From contig CAVVZL010000035.1 in the NCBI GenBank assembly GCA_963752775.1, forward strand, positions 10,249 to 74,248: a stretch of 64,000 nucleotides of DNA, given 5' to 3'. This DNA comes from an uncultured Chloroflexia bacterium. GTDB lineage: Bacteria; Chloroflexota; Anaerolineae; Anaerolineales; Villigracilaceae. Position 1 is the stretch's first letter, and every line of letters begins with the position of its first letter. The notes under the pieces are model-generated. The model saw only the letters and a list, made by a program, of their open reading frames with translations, did no database searches and was not told the origin of the DNA. This document shows, piece after piece, positions 39,988-50,600 of the stretch. The position numbers and the translations under genes are program-made.

Positions 39988-41431
39988 ACTATATCTTGTA
40001 GGTGGTGCGGTGCGCGATTTGCTGCTCAGTCGCGTCTCGCATGATCTTGACTTTGCCATTCCTAAAGATGCAATTGAAATTGCTCGACGGGTGGCGAATG
40101 TGCTCCATGCTGATTATTATGTTTTAGATCAATCCTTTGATACTGCCCGCGTCATATTCCCGGCTGATAACGGCAAACCGCGATATTCTGGATTTCGCAG
40201 CGTTCCGCGGCTCTGACCCTTCGGCATCTTCGGGAGGGCAAACTCGAAGCCGATCTGCGCGGCCGCGACTTCACCATCAATGCAATCGCTTTCGATCTTC
40301 GCAATCAAACAATTCTCGACCCACTTGGCGGCGCATCGGATTTGCGCGCGAAATTAATCCGCGCTTGCTCGGATACTTCACTCAAAGATGATCCGATCCG
40401 AATTTTACGGGCGGTGCGTCAAGCCGCGGCGTTCGATTTCAAGATCGAAGCCGAGACGCGCAAAGCGATGAAACAAGCCGCGCCTTTGCTTCCGAAGATT
40501 TCCCCCGAGCGTCAACGCGATGAGCTATTCAAAATTCTCGAAGGTCCGCATCCTGACGCGTCTTTGCGCGCTTTGGAAATGCTTGGCGTGTTTCCATATT
40601 TTTTGCCTGAGCTCTCGGTGCTAAAGGCGTTGAGCAATCTACGCCGCATGTGCATGAAGTTTGGGAACATACGTTGAGTGTGATGCAAAATCTTGAGAGC
40701 ATTCTTTCAGCTCATTGCACTTAGTTATAACGCTGAGAAAACCAACGACCTGTTCACTGATTTGCTCGCTCTCCGCCTTGGACATTATCGCGAACAATTC
40801 GCCGCGCACTTCAATCAAGCTCTCAACACCGATCGCTCGATGCGCGCCTTATTGTTTTTCGCGGCGTTGTATCATGATGTGGCAAAACCCGCCACAAAGT
40901 CGATAGAAGAAATGGGGCGAATTCGACTTCTTCGGTCATGATAAATCCGGTGCAAAGGTTGTGGTTGAACGAGCGCATGTCTTAAATCTCAGCAATGATG
41001 AAATCGAACGCTTGAAGATCATCGTCGAAAATCATATGCGCTTTCATTTCTTCACCAGCCGAATGGAAGGCGGACAAAAAGAGCCTTCACGCAAATCCAT
41101 TTATCGTTTCTTCCGCAATGCTGACGAAGGCGGCGTGGATTTGGTTTTGCTTGGACTTGCTGATTTGCGGGGTACGCGTGGTCATACATTGACACAAGAA
41201 AGTTGGACTACCGCATTGGACGTCGCAGGAATTTTGCTTGAGAATTATTGGGAGAAGCCGGAAGAAACAGTCGCCCCGCCTCGTCTGATCAATGGGCTTG
41301 ATGTAATGAATGAATATCAACTCCAGGCGGGTCCGATCATTGGTCAGGTGCTCGAAGCGATCCGCGAGGCGCAAGCCATCGGCACAGTCTCGACACGTGA
41401 AGAAGCATTGTGTTCGGTCGTGAATGGTTGA
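39922..41431 (+). CDS. cca: CCA-adding tRNA nucleotidyltransferase / poly(A) polymerase family with HD domain (at least four frame breaks)
   Basis: LYLVGGAVRDLLL..DLDF (head domain), RDFTINA-like (RDFTINAIAF), PHVHEVWEHTLSV and LFFAALYHDVAKP (HD). ORFs 39953..40216, 40137..40391, 40342..40677, 40693..40941 and 40961..41431 join. Confidence 0.8.
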
Positions 41432-41444
41432 AGGAAAATCAAAA

Positions 41445-41979
41445 ATGAATTTCGTTTTCTTTGATCTCGAGACCCAAAAGTTGTTTCAGGATGTCGGCGG
41501 ACGCGATGCCGGCAAATTGCGTTTGGCTTGCGGCGTAACCTATTCAACCGACAAAAAAGATTTCAAGGTGTATTGGGAGCGTGATGCGCAAGCGCTGGTT
41601 GATAAATTGAAATCCGCCGATAAAGTAGTCGGCTTTCAATATCAAAGAGTTTGATTATGAAGTCTTGCGTCCGTATGCACCTACATGCAATTTCGCATCA
41701 CTGCGGACTTTGGATTTACTGCTCGATCTTAGCCACACTCTCAACTTTCGCATTCCGTTGGATTCTCTGGCCAAGGCCTGCCTTAATGTAAATAAGACTG
41801 CTGATGGAATTCAATCAGTGAAATGGTTTCGGAACGGCGAACTAGAGAAAGTCGCTGAATATTGCAAAGCCGATGTAGACATCACGCGCCGTGTCTTTGA
41901 GTTTGGGCGCGATCATGGCTTTGTTTATTATTATTCAAAGTTGGGAAGCAAATTGAAGGTAAACGTAAATTGGACGTAA
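41445..41979 (+). CDS. RNase H-like / DEDD-type 3'-5' exonuclease domain protein (frame break near 41640)
   Basis: MNFVFFDLETQK (exo motif I) ... GFNIKEFDYEVL-like ... AEYCKADVDITRRVF (exo III-like). ORFs 41424..41654 and 41665..41979 join. Confidence 0.55.
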
Positions 41980-41989
41980 CATCGTAGAT

Positions 41990-42099
41990 GCCATTGCGAG
42001 CGATCGCAGGGCGCGCGGCGATCTAATGTAACCATCATATACGAGATTGCTCATCTCCACTTGCTGCGCAGGTGCAAGTGTTGTTACCCTAGCAACGAC
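41990..42099. repeat. palindromic repeat element, intergenic copy (copy 2)
   Basis: GCCATTGCGAGCGATCGCAGGGCGCGCGGCGATCT...GAGATTGCT...CTAGCAACGAC. The left arm aligns by eye with 15071..15105 at roughly three quarters of positions, and both copies carry the GAGATTGCT core. Confidence 0.45.
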
Positions 42100-42113
42100 A
42101 TGGAGAAGGTAAA

Positions 42114-42878
42114 ATGGAAAAAGTAAAAGTCAACGGAATCAAGATCGCTTACGAACGCCATGGACGCGGTGAACCGCTGGTTTTGATTCACGGTTATCCG
42201 TTGGACCGCACAATCTGGAACGATATCGCGTCATTACTTGAAAATGATTTTGATTTAATTATTCCTGATTTGCGCGGCATGGGTCAATCCGATGCGGTGA
42301 ATAAAATGTACACCATCACCGATATTGCATCTGATATTGTTGGATTACTCGATCACCTCAAAATCCAAAAAACATTTATCGCTGGTCACTCCATGGGCGG
42401 ATATGTTGCATTGGCATCTGCGCACTCATATCCTAACCGCGTGTGCGGACTTGGAATGATCGCGTCCCAAGTTCTCTCCGATTCGCCGGAGCGCAAGCAA
42501 GGTCGTTATCAAACTGCCAAAGAAGTTGAAGAAAAAGGAATCGGCGTGGTGGTTGATTCGATGACAACCAAGCTTTCCGCTCTTGCACACATTCAATCAT
42601 TTGCGCGCGAAGTGATGCAGCGACAAAAGCCTGAAGGCATCATCGGTTCGCTCAAGGCTATGGCGGAACGAGATGATTCACTCGAATTGTTTAAATCATT
42701 CAAGTTTCCGGTTGTGATTGCGCACGGCGACGCCGACACGTTGATTCCCGTTGAGCGCGGACGCGAGATGAAAGTCGCGCTACCCCACGCGCATTACGCA
42801 GAGCTGAAACGTGCGGGTCATTTGGCATTGATGGAGAATCCGAAAAAAGTGGCAGATGCGTTGAAATTCTTTTTTTAA
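42114..42878 (+). CDS. alpha/beta-fold hydrolase
   Basis: LIHGYPLD, GHSMGG nucleophile elbow and AHGDADTLIP...AGHLALMENP. Intact 254 aa. Confidence 0.8.
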   Translation: MEKVKVNGIKIAYERHGRGEPLVLIHGYPLDRTIWNDIASLLENDFDLIIPDLRGMGQSDAVNKMYTITDIASDIVGLLDHLKIQKTFIAGHSMGGYVALASAHSYPNRVCGLGMIASQVLSDSPERKQGRYQTAKEVEEKGIGVVVDSMTTKLSALAHIQSFAREVMQRQKPEGIIGSLKAMAERDDSLELFKSFKFPVVIAHGDADTLIPVERGREMKVALPHAHYAELKRAGHLALMENPKKVADALKFFF

Positions 42879-42988
42879 AACCTGAGAGTTGGCACTCTTT
42901 GTTAGCCCTTTATCTCGTTAAGTGTCTTTAATCGCCATTGTTTTTAGCACCTTATTGGGCTGGATATACCTGTGGAGACATACGTGGA

Positions 42989-43748
42989 TTATTCCTTCAT
43001 CTTCACCAAAAATAAAGTCGAGCTATCCAACTCTTGTGCCTTCATCTCGAACTGATCTTTCAAACTTTTGATCAGCCGCGAGAGTTGGCGCTGTCCATAA
43101 GTGCGCGGGTCGAAGCCGGGATCAAGTTGATAGAGGGCATTGCCCATCAAGTCGAGTCGTGCCCAGCCGTCTTCTTGAACAGCCATGTCGAAGGCTTGTT
43201 CAAGCAATGGCATCGGGTCGGCTTCGCTCTTGGGCTTCGCTTTGGAAGTTGATTTTCTTTGTGATGAGCGCGCTGCTGCAGCTTTTGTCCCTGCCACCAA
43301 GTTTTCAGTGTAAACAAACACGTCGCAGGCGTTGACAAAAGGCTTAGGCGTTTTCTTCTCCCCGATGCCCATCACAAAAATTCCGGTCTCGCGGATGCGG
43401 GTGGCGAGCCGTGTGTAATCGCTATCGGATGAGACCAGACAGAACGCGTCAACAGCGCCCGAATGCAAAATATCCATCGCATCAATGATCATAGCGCTGT
43501 CGGTGGCATTCTTGCCGATGGTGTAACGGAATTGCTGGATGGGCTGGAAGGCGTGGAAGTTTAACGTTTCTTTCCACGAATTCATGTTGGCCGTCGTCCA
43601 ATCGCCATAGATACGTCTGACAGTGACCTGCCCATACGCGCGCCGCCTCCACCAGCATTTGCGGAAGCAGAGATGGCTGGGCGTTGTCGCCATCAATCAA
43701 CATCGCGATTTTTTGTCGTGGCAAATTAGAAAGTTGTTCTTCAGTCAT
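42989..43748 (-). CDS. NYN (LabA-like) domain protein with C-terminal OST-HTH/LOTUS domain (frame break near 43650)
   Basis: KIAMLIDGDNA, RIYGDW, GKNATDSAMIIDAMD and CLVSSDSDYTRLATRIRE (NYN). The C-terminus has GWARLDLMGNALYQLDPGFDPRTYGQRQLSRLIKSL (LOTUS-like). Confidence 0.7.
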
Positions 43749-43772
43749 AGTTTGATTATACCTGAATGACCA

Positions 43773-44480
43773 TCAAGGAGTCAGGATTGGGGTGACCGTG
43801 CCCAAACCACTGATCTTTGGACCGAAGAGACTGAAATCGGCACAAGAATTTTGAGCCACACGTTGAAGCAATGTGGTGCCCAAATCAACATCCACCTGAA
43901 CCGGCGAATCTATTCCGAGAGTTGAATCAACAGTAAGTTTTTCTGTAACCTGATCGTCCGCCGGAAGCAAAGAAACGCATTTGGTCTTATCGGGATGGAC
44001 ACGGCCCTCGCCCAACATATTAAGTGTGGCACATACGTTGGTTAAATCCGTGCTACTGGCGTTTTGAATTGTGATGTAGGCATTGGTCACTTCACCCATG
44101 CCGTGTGTTATGTCAAACCCGTTACTGCAGCCGAGAATTTTCGTTTTGACCGTGGCAGACAGCGTGGCGGTGATGGTGGGCGTCAAAGTTACAAGAACAG
44201 ATATTGTGGGTGTTGTGGTTATTGCTTCAGTCGCAACTTGCGTATCCGTGCCAGTCGGCGTAGGGGACGCAGGCACGGCTGTATTAGTCAATGTAGCGAG
44301 CGTCATATCTGTTGTTGCAGTAATCGGTAAGGGAAGGACGATAGGAGTTGGACTTAAGATGATCGGCGTCGACGAAGGGAACGGAGTCGAAGAAATATAT
44401 GGAAGCGGCTCCACAGTCCAGCCGCCGCATCCTGAGAGCACGACCGCCAACAAAGCACAGACGAAAACAAGCTGTTTCAT
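43773..44480 (-). CDS. Pro/Thr-rich lipoprotein
   Basis: MKQLVFVCALLAVVLSGCG lipobox, a long PT/ST-rich linker and a Cys-containing C-terminal domain. Confidence 0.65.
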   Translation of the reverse strand: MKQLVFVCALLAVVLSGCGGWTVEPLPYISSTPFPSSTPIILSPTPIVLPLPITATTDMTLATLTNTAVPASPTPTGTDTQVATEAITTTPTISVLVTLTPTITATLSATVKTKILGCSNGFDITHGMGEVTNAYITIQNASSTDLTNVCATLNMLGEGRVHPDKTKCVSLLPADDQVTEKLTVDSTLGIDSPVQVDVDLGTTLLQRVAQNSCADFSLFGPKISGLGTVTPILTP

Positions 44481-44563
44481 CCTCTACTCCTTTTTTGTTT
44501 CAATTTTATCCTGTCCCTAATCTGCATCAACCACACTTTAGAAACTGACAGCTTTTATTTAAA

Positions 44564-45805
44564 TCAAGCGCCGAGGGTTTTGAGGTAATCACGAATCGCC
44601 ATCGCGGCAGATGCGCCCTCACCGGCGGCGGAGGCGGCCTGCTTTGTTGATCCGGCGCGCACATCGCCGGCCACAAAGACTCCCGGCAGATTGGTCATCA
44701 TGTGCGGCGCTTTGATAAAGCCGCGGTCATCCAATTCGGCTTTATCTTTTACTAAATCATTATTCGGTGTCAATCCGATAAACACAAAAACACCATCATA
44801 ATGAGTTTCTTTGGTTTCATCCGTTGCAAGGTTCCGGAGAATAACAGCGTCCAATTTCTGCTTGCCTCGTAATTCTTTAACAGCATGATTCAAAATCACA
44901 TGCATATCTGATCTTTCAGCAACTTTATCTTGAAGTATCTTGCTGGCCTTCGGTTCCAATGAATTAACAACGATATCCACCTGTGTCGCGAATTTGGTTA
45001 GAAACAAGCCTTCTTCAAACCCGCTGTTGCCGCCGCCTACCACCAGGACTTTCTTGCCCTTATAAAACGCACCGTCACAGGTGGCACAAAAGTGAACATT
45101 GATCCCAAGCAAATCATCTTCGCCAGGAACTTCCATGCGGCGATAACTCGCACCTGTTGTAAGCAAAAGCGCCTGCGTGTGATAATGAATCTCGGAGCCG
45201 ATCTCTACTGCAAGGTATTGACCTTCGCGATCGATCGCGACAACTTCCTGCGCCTGTAAAATTTCCACGCCGAATTTTCTCGCCTGCCTTCCAAGCCGCG
45301 CCGCGAACTCGGCACCCGCGATGCCTTCATCGAATCCGGGAAAGTTATCAAGAGTTTGCGTTACGCTAGATTGTCCGCCCAATCCGGCTTTTTCAATCAC
45401 AAGCACGTCGCAACCTTCGCGCGCCAGAAAAAGCGCGGCCGTCAATCCGGATGGCCCGCCACCAACCACAATCACATCGTAATACGAGCGCTTTGCTTCC
45501 GTATTCAACCCGAGCTTTTGAGCAAGTTGCGCATTGGAAGGTTCAACCAGAACGCTCCCGTCGGGAAAGATAATAGTAGGAATGATGCGCTTGCCTTCAT
45601 TGATCTTTTCAATGAATTCCACGCTCTGAGGATCGTCATCAATATCCACGTTGAAATATTGAATTCGCTGATCGCCAAAGAATTGTTTGGTGCGTTTGCA
45701 ATCAGGGCACCACACGGCGCCATAAACCACAATCATCGAGGGATTTAAGTTATAAAGATCGGAAAAACGCCTAAACCGTGTAGAAGTATTCTTTTTCCGC
45801 GCCAT
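44564..45805 (-). CDS. trxB: glutaredoxin/NrdH-like domain fused to thioredoxin-disulfide reductase
   Basis: ATG 45805. The N-terminal ~95 aa carry WCPDC. They are followed by VVGGGPSGLTAA (FAD), the CATCDG redox centre, VVGGGNSG (NADPH) and VFVAGDV. Confidence 0.85.
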   Translation of the reverse strand: MARKKNTSTRFRRFSDLYNLNPSMIVVYGAVWCPDCKRTKQFFGDQRIQYFNVDIDDDPQSVEFIEKINEGKRIIPTIIFPDGSVLVEPSNAQLAQKLGLNTEAKRSYYDVIVVGGGPSGLTAALFLAREGCDVLVIEKAGLGGQSSVTQTLDNFPGFDEGIAGAEFAARLGRQARKFGVEILQAQEVVAIDREGQYLAVEIGSEIHYHTQALLLTTGASYRRMEVPGEDDLLGINVHFCATCDGAFYKGKKVLVVGGGNSGFEEGLFLTKFATQVDIVVNSLEPKASKILQDKVAERSDMHVILNHAVKELRGKQKLDAVILRNLATDETKETHYDGVFVFIGLTPNNDLVKDKAELDDRGFIKAPHMMTNLPGVFVAGDVRAGSTKQAASAAGEGASAAMAIRDYLKTLGA

Positions 45806-45863
45806 AATTTCTCCTTTGAGGCATAGATATGGGGAATCCACAGCTTCTTACAGTTATATTATT

Positions 45864-46095
45864 TCACTGATCTTGTTCTTTCCGCGCTGGTTCTTCTAAA
45901 ATTTGAAATCCTCTTTCCATCAAGCGCTTAAGTGCCGAATCGTCAACGGCTTGTCCCGTCTCAATCTTTTCCAACGCTCTCAACAGACCCCCGCGCACGC
46001 CGCTGGCACGATGCGCCCAATACGAGTTCAACGGAAACGCGCTCGAGGGCGCGCAGCAACAGTCTTACAAGTTGAATTTGATTGGACGGTTGCAT
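45864..46095 (-). CDS. small hypothetical protein (one frame break)
   Basis: ATG 46095 gives MQPSNQIQLVRLLLRALERVSVEL, then ...GGLLRALEKIETGQAVDDSALKRLMERGFQILEEPARKEQDQ in a second frame, ending at TGA 45864..45866. Confidence 0.2.
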
Positions 46096-46130
46096 TATTT
46101 TCTATTGTTGAGATTCTTTTTTGCAGGTTT

Positions 46131-47337
46131 TCATGGGCAGGCTAGAAGTGCAGATTCTAAATCAGCTAAAATATCCTCCACCGATTCAATTCCAACCGAT
46201 AAGCGCACAAGACCTTCTGGAATACCAACGTGCGCCCGTTCTTCGGCAGTCAATGTACGATGAGAAGATGTTGCGGGATGCAAGACGAGGGAATAAATAT
46301 CTCCTAGAGTAGTTGCAGGCAAACAGATGGTCAAAGCTTCCATAAAGCGATAAATTTCAGCTTTGCCTGCTCCAGCGATCTCAAACGAAAGCACACCTCC
46401 ATACCCCCTCCCTTCGAATAATCGCTCCGCTAGCACATGCTGAGGATGATTCGCAAGGCCTGGGTAGTTAACCTTTTTCACGCGTGCGCGTGATTGAAGC
46501 CACTTAGCAACTTGGATAGCACTCTCGCATTGCTGTTTCATTCGCAAAGGCAAGGTCTTTAGTCCACGCAAAGCCAGCCATGCCTCAAACGGACCCAGCA
46601 CAGCCCCCACGAGCTTATTCATCTCAAACAGTTTATTTTTATTCTCTTGGGATGTGATAATGATACCGGCCAGCGCGTCTCCGTGTCCAGAGAGATATTT
46701 CGTGGCGCTATGAATCACGAAGTCCGCGCCGAGTGCTAAAGGGTTGATTAGATATGGGGAAGCAAAAGTGCTATCCACCAGCAATGTGGCACCGAGACCA
46801 TGTGAAAGTTTTGCAAGTACTGGAATATCGGCCACCTTCAAAAGCGGATTGGAAATCGATTCAACGAAGAGAGCAACTGCTTTCGTTTCCTTGATGGCCG
46901 CTTCGACTTCTGCATGACCGCAAACATCCACCATGCGGTACGTTAACCCCGAGGCTGGTAAAGAGACTATTCAACAAAGTGAAAGTGGCCCCATAAACAT
47001 CAAGCGCGGCCACAACCGAAGTCCCGGCCTTGACGCCGGCAGCCAGGAGCGCGGCATGGATCGCTGCCATTCCCGAGCTATAGGCTTGGGCGGCTTCTCC
47101 CCCCTCGAGATTTGCAACTGCTGATTCGAAAGCCTCAACTGTAGGATTCGAGTATCGCAAATAAATCTGACCCGGCTTTGTATGTGCAAAGACTGAGTTT
47201 AAATCGTCCATGCTTTCATAAAGATAACTGACTGTCGGCCAAATGGGAGTCGCCACCGGTCTATAATCCGCAGGAGGAACGCGTTCCCCTGCGTGGACTG
47301 CGCGTGTTTGGAACGATTTTTGAGCAAGATCTTTCAC
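46131..47337 (-). CDS. Cys/Met-metabolism PLP enzyme (cystathionine gamma-synthase/beta-lyase/O-acylhomoserine sulfhydrylase family; frame break near 46930)
   Basis: RYSNPTV, SSGMAAI, HSATKYLSGHGD (PLP Lys) and LGDIYSLVLHPATSSH. ORFs 46861..47337 and 46131..46934 join. Confidence 0.8.
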
Positions 47338-47585
47338 GGGTTTGACACCTTTCTACTCATACGAGTCGCATCATGTTGACGGAAAAATTCGGAAACAAAT
47401 CTTTCAAATTCCTTATTGACTAATCGATTGTTTTCGGGCTTGGAGATAATTGCGTATCTGCGGCAACTCTGCGTGCTTTCATTTTTTCAATGCACATCTC
47501 ATCAAAGAATATTGCGCCAATTGTATCTCATAACCAACCTTCAAAGTGTTCATAATAGCTATCTTTTGCGATCCGATAATAATTT

Positions 47586-47611
47586 CTCATCGCCCACTCT
47601 CATCGCCCACT
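47586..47611 (+). repeat. perfect 13-bp tandem direct repeat abutting the candidate -35 of the alpha-2-macroglobulin gene
   Basis: CTCATCGCCCACT occurs twice (47586..47598 and 47599..47611). The last T is the first base of TTGACA. Confidence 0.6.
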
Positions 47612-47639
47612 TGACATCTTCACCGACAAAGGGCATACT
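47611..47639 (+). promoter_or_regulatory. candidate promoter of the alpha-2-macroglobulin gene
   Basis: TTGACA (47611..47616), a 17-nt spacer, then CATACT (47634..47639), about 55 nt upstream of ATG 47693. Confidence 0.3.
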
Positions 47640-47692
47640 GGTTTAGACGAGTACCAAAATCCAATTCTGTTCTTTCAAAACGATGGGCTCCC

Positions 47693-50600
47693 ATGAAAAA
47701 AAATCTTAGACTTATCGTACTGATCGGCGTTGTTCTATTTTTTGCGATAGTTCTCTCCGTTGCGAAATTTTCGAGTACGCCGACGGCCGAAAATCTTTCG
47801 GTGCAGGCGTCACCGATTCAGGTTGGTCCGCAGGTCGTCGCGCAAAATCCGGTGGCAGGACAAAGGTTGGATTTATTGCCACGGATTCAAATCACCTTCG
47901 ACCGCGATATGGATCAGGGGAAAACGAGCAACGCTTTTTCGCTTCTAGATCCCGACAATAAGCCGGTCGACGGTCAACCTGCATGGACCGACGCCCGGAC
48001 ATTTGAGTTTACGCCAATATCCAAGCTCGAACCCGCTTCAAATTACATCGGAGTCTTCTCGACCTCTGCCACTGCTCTCGATGGTACTTCCCTAAAAGAA
48101 AACATCCAATTGAATTTCACTACTGTTGAAGGCTTGAAGGTGGGACAAGTCTTTCCAATTGCCGACGCGGAAGACGTCGACCCTACAACAAACATCACCG
48201 TTATTTTCAATCATCCGGTTGTCCCGCTCACAATTCAAGAAGAACAAAGCAGTTTGCCGCAACCGATAGAGCTTTCGCCGCAAGTGGAGGGACAAGGTCA
48301 ATGGGTCAATTCATCGGTGTATGTATTCCAGCCGAGCCCAGCCCTATTAAGCGGAATCCGTTACACCATCCGCGTAGGGGCAGGAGTGAAAGATGCTAAC
48401 GGGGACGTGTTAGAGAAATCTTATTTGTCGCAGTTCACCACGCGCGCTCCCTCTGTCGTCAGCTTTGCTCTGAAGAATGGCGAAGAGAATCCAAAATTAG
48501 ATAATATCCAAAATGTTCTGCTCGATCAGACTTTCGTCATTACGTTCCTTCAACCGATGAATGCTGATAGCGTTGCTCAAGCGACGACGATTACGAATCG
48601 CGAAACTGGAAAATCTGTTTCTCTCGGGCTTAACTGGAATAAGGAGTTCACCGAGTTGACCATCCAGCCGAATGGAAGATATCAGATCGCCAGTGATTAT
48701 CATTTACAAATTATCGATACGGCTCAAGCCGCCGATGGAGGAATGTTAAAGAATGGTTTCTCGGCGAACTTCAGCACCGTGCCTTTGCCAAGCATCGTCA
48801 AGGTGACTCCGGAACCGAATTCGGTGGCAACTAATTATGATTTTTCACTTTTCATTCAATTTGCTTCGCCCATGCGTTTGAGCAGTTTAAAGGGAAAGGT
48901 GATAGTTACTCCTGCGCCGAAAACGGAACTCCAGTGGTATTACAACGATTATGATAATTCTTACGACACCTATGGATTGGATCCCGGCACAGACTATGAT
49001 GTACGTGTTCTGTCCGGCATGGCGGATATTTACGGCAACATCATCAATAGTCAAGATTCGTTTACCTTCAAAACCGCTGACGAAGATCCTTATGGCACAG
49101 CTAGCCGTACCGTGGACGCCGCTGGTATACCGCGCCAAAGGTTTACAAGATGTATTTTTCCAGTACACCAACCTGGATTCGGCCACGGTTTCCTTGTATT
49201 CTTTAACCTTCGATGAATTCAGTAGATTGGCAACGAACAGCCAAGGCGACAACAAAGGCGGTGTTACCCTCACCAGCTTTGTTCCGAAAACCGCGCCCAT
49301 CCGAGAATGGAATCCGAACACGAATGGAACACGCAATCAAACAAATTATGTTGATCTCAAATTGCAGGATCAAAAAGAAAATCCACTTGCGCCCGGATAT
49401 TATTTCATCGGCGTCAAAGGCTCGCCACTGGATTACACCACAAACTTTTATCAAGCGTCGGTGTTCCTCGTTGCAACGGATAACATCACGCTTAAAGCCA
49501 CTTCTTCGGAAGGCTTGGCGTGGGTTACTGACCTTGAAAGTGGAGCACCACAAGCTAATGTTCCTGTGATGTTTTACGACAAGGATTTCAATCAGGTTGG
49601 CGCGACAACCTCCACAGACCAGAATGGCTTGGTTTATCTAAAGGGAATCAACGCACCTGTTTACGCGCGTGTTGAAGAGACAAATCATCTGGCTTTCGTT
49701 TCCACTGATTGGGGCAGCGGCGTCTGGACCGGAGATTTGGGAATTGCCGAAGATTATTACGGCAACACCAATTCGCCGTTCGCATACCTCTATACTGATC
49801 GCCCGATCTATCGTCCAGGACAGCTTGTATACTTCAAAGGTCTGGTGCGGCAGAATGACGATCTCCATTATAGCTTGCTCAACGATGCCCAAGTATATGT
49901 AACGATTATTAACGAATCCAGCCAACAAGTTTATGCAAAGTATTTGCCTACTCTCGCAGTTAGGAAGCGTCAATGACGATTTCAAATTGGCGGACGATGC
50001 GGCACTGGGCACATACACGATTTCGGTAAGTACTTCGCAGAAGGCAGATGCGTTTGGAACCCTCAACTTCCGCGTAGCGGATTATCAGCCGCCGCGGTTT
50101 CAGGTCACCATTTCACAAGATAAGGCGGACGTTTTGAATGGCGATCAAGTCGATTTCGGTTTAGATGCAGCGTATTATTCCGGTGGAAATGTGGACAATG
50201 CTAATGTGGATTGGTTCACGGAAGCTGCGCCATACACCTTCACGCCTGACTCGAAGTATTCCCAATTCAACTTTACGGATTGGGATCAGGATCAAAATTA
50301 TTTGGCGCCGGCGCCTGCCGGCCAGGGCGGAACGCTCGAACAAGGAAGTGATACAACTGATTCAAATGGTCATCTTGATCTATCCAAGTGCGTTGAGCCT
50401 CGGAGAAACTGCAAGCGATCAACAAGTAACGCTGAATGCAAACGTCACGGATGTGGCGGGCGATGTGGTTAGCGGAAGCACAAGCGTGATCGTTCATCAA
50501 AGTGAACTGTATGGCGGTATCCGTTCGGTGAGCTACGTCGGCAAGCAGGGCCAGCCGCAACAGTTTGAGGCGGTGGTATTGGATTGGAATTCAAAGCCAG

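Noticed and set aside
47338-47692. SAM or T-box riboswitch in front of the Cys/Met-metabolism gene (minus strand)
   Set aside because: I could not find the conserved SAM-I/SAM-II or T-box sequence blocks when reading the reverse complement of 47338..47500. The leader is AT-rich and unstructured-looking. A covariance-model scan would be needed to be sure.
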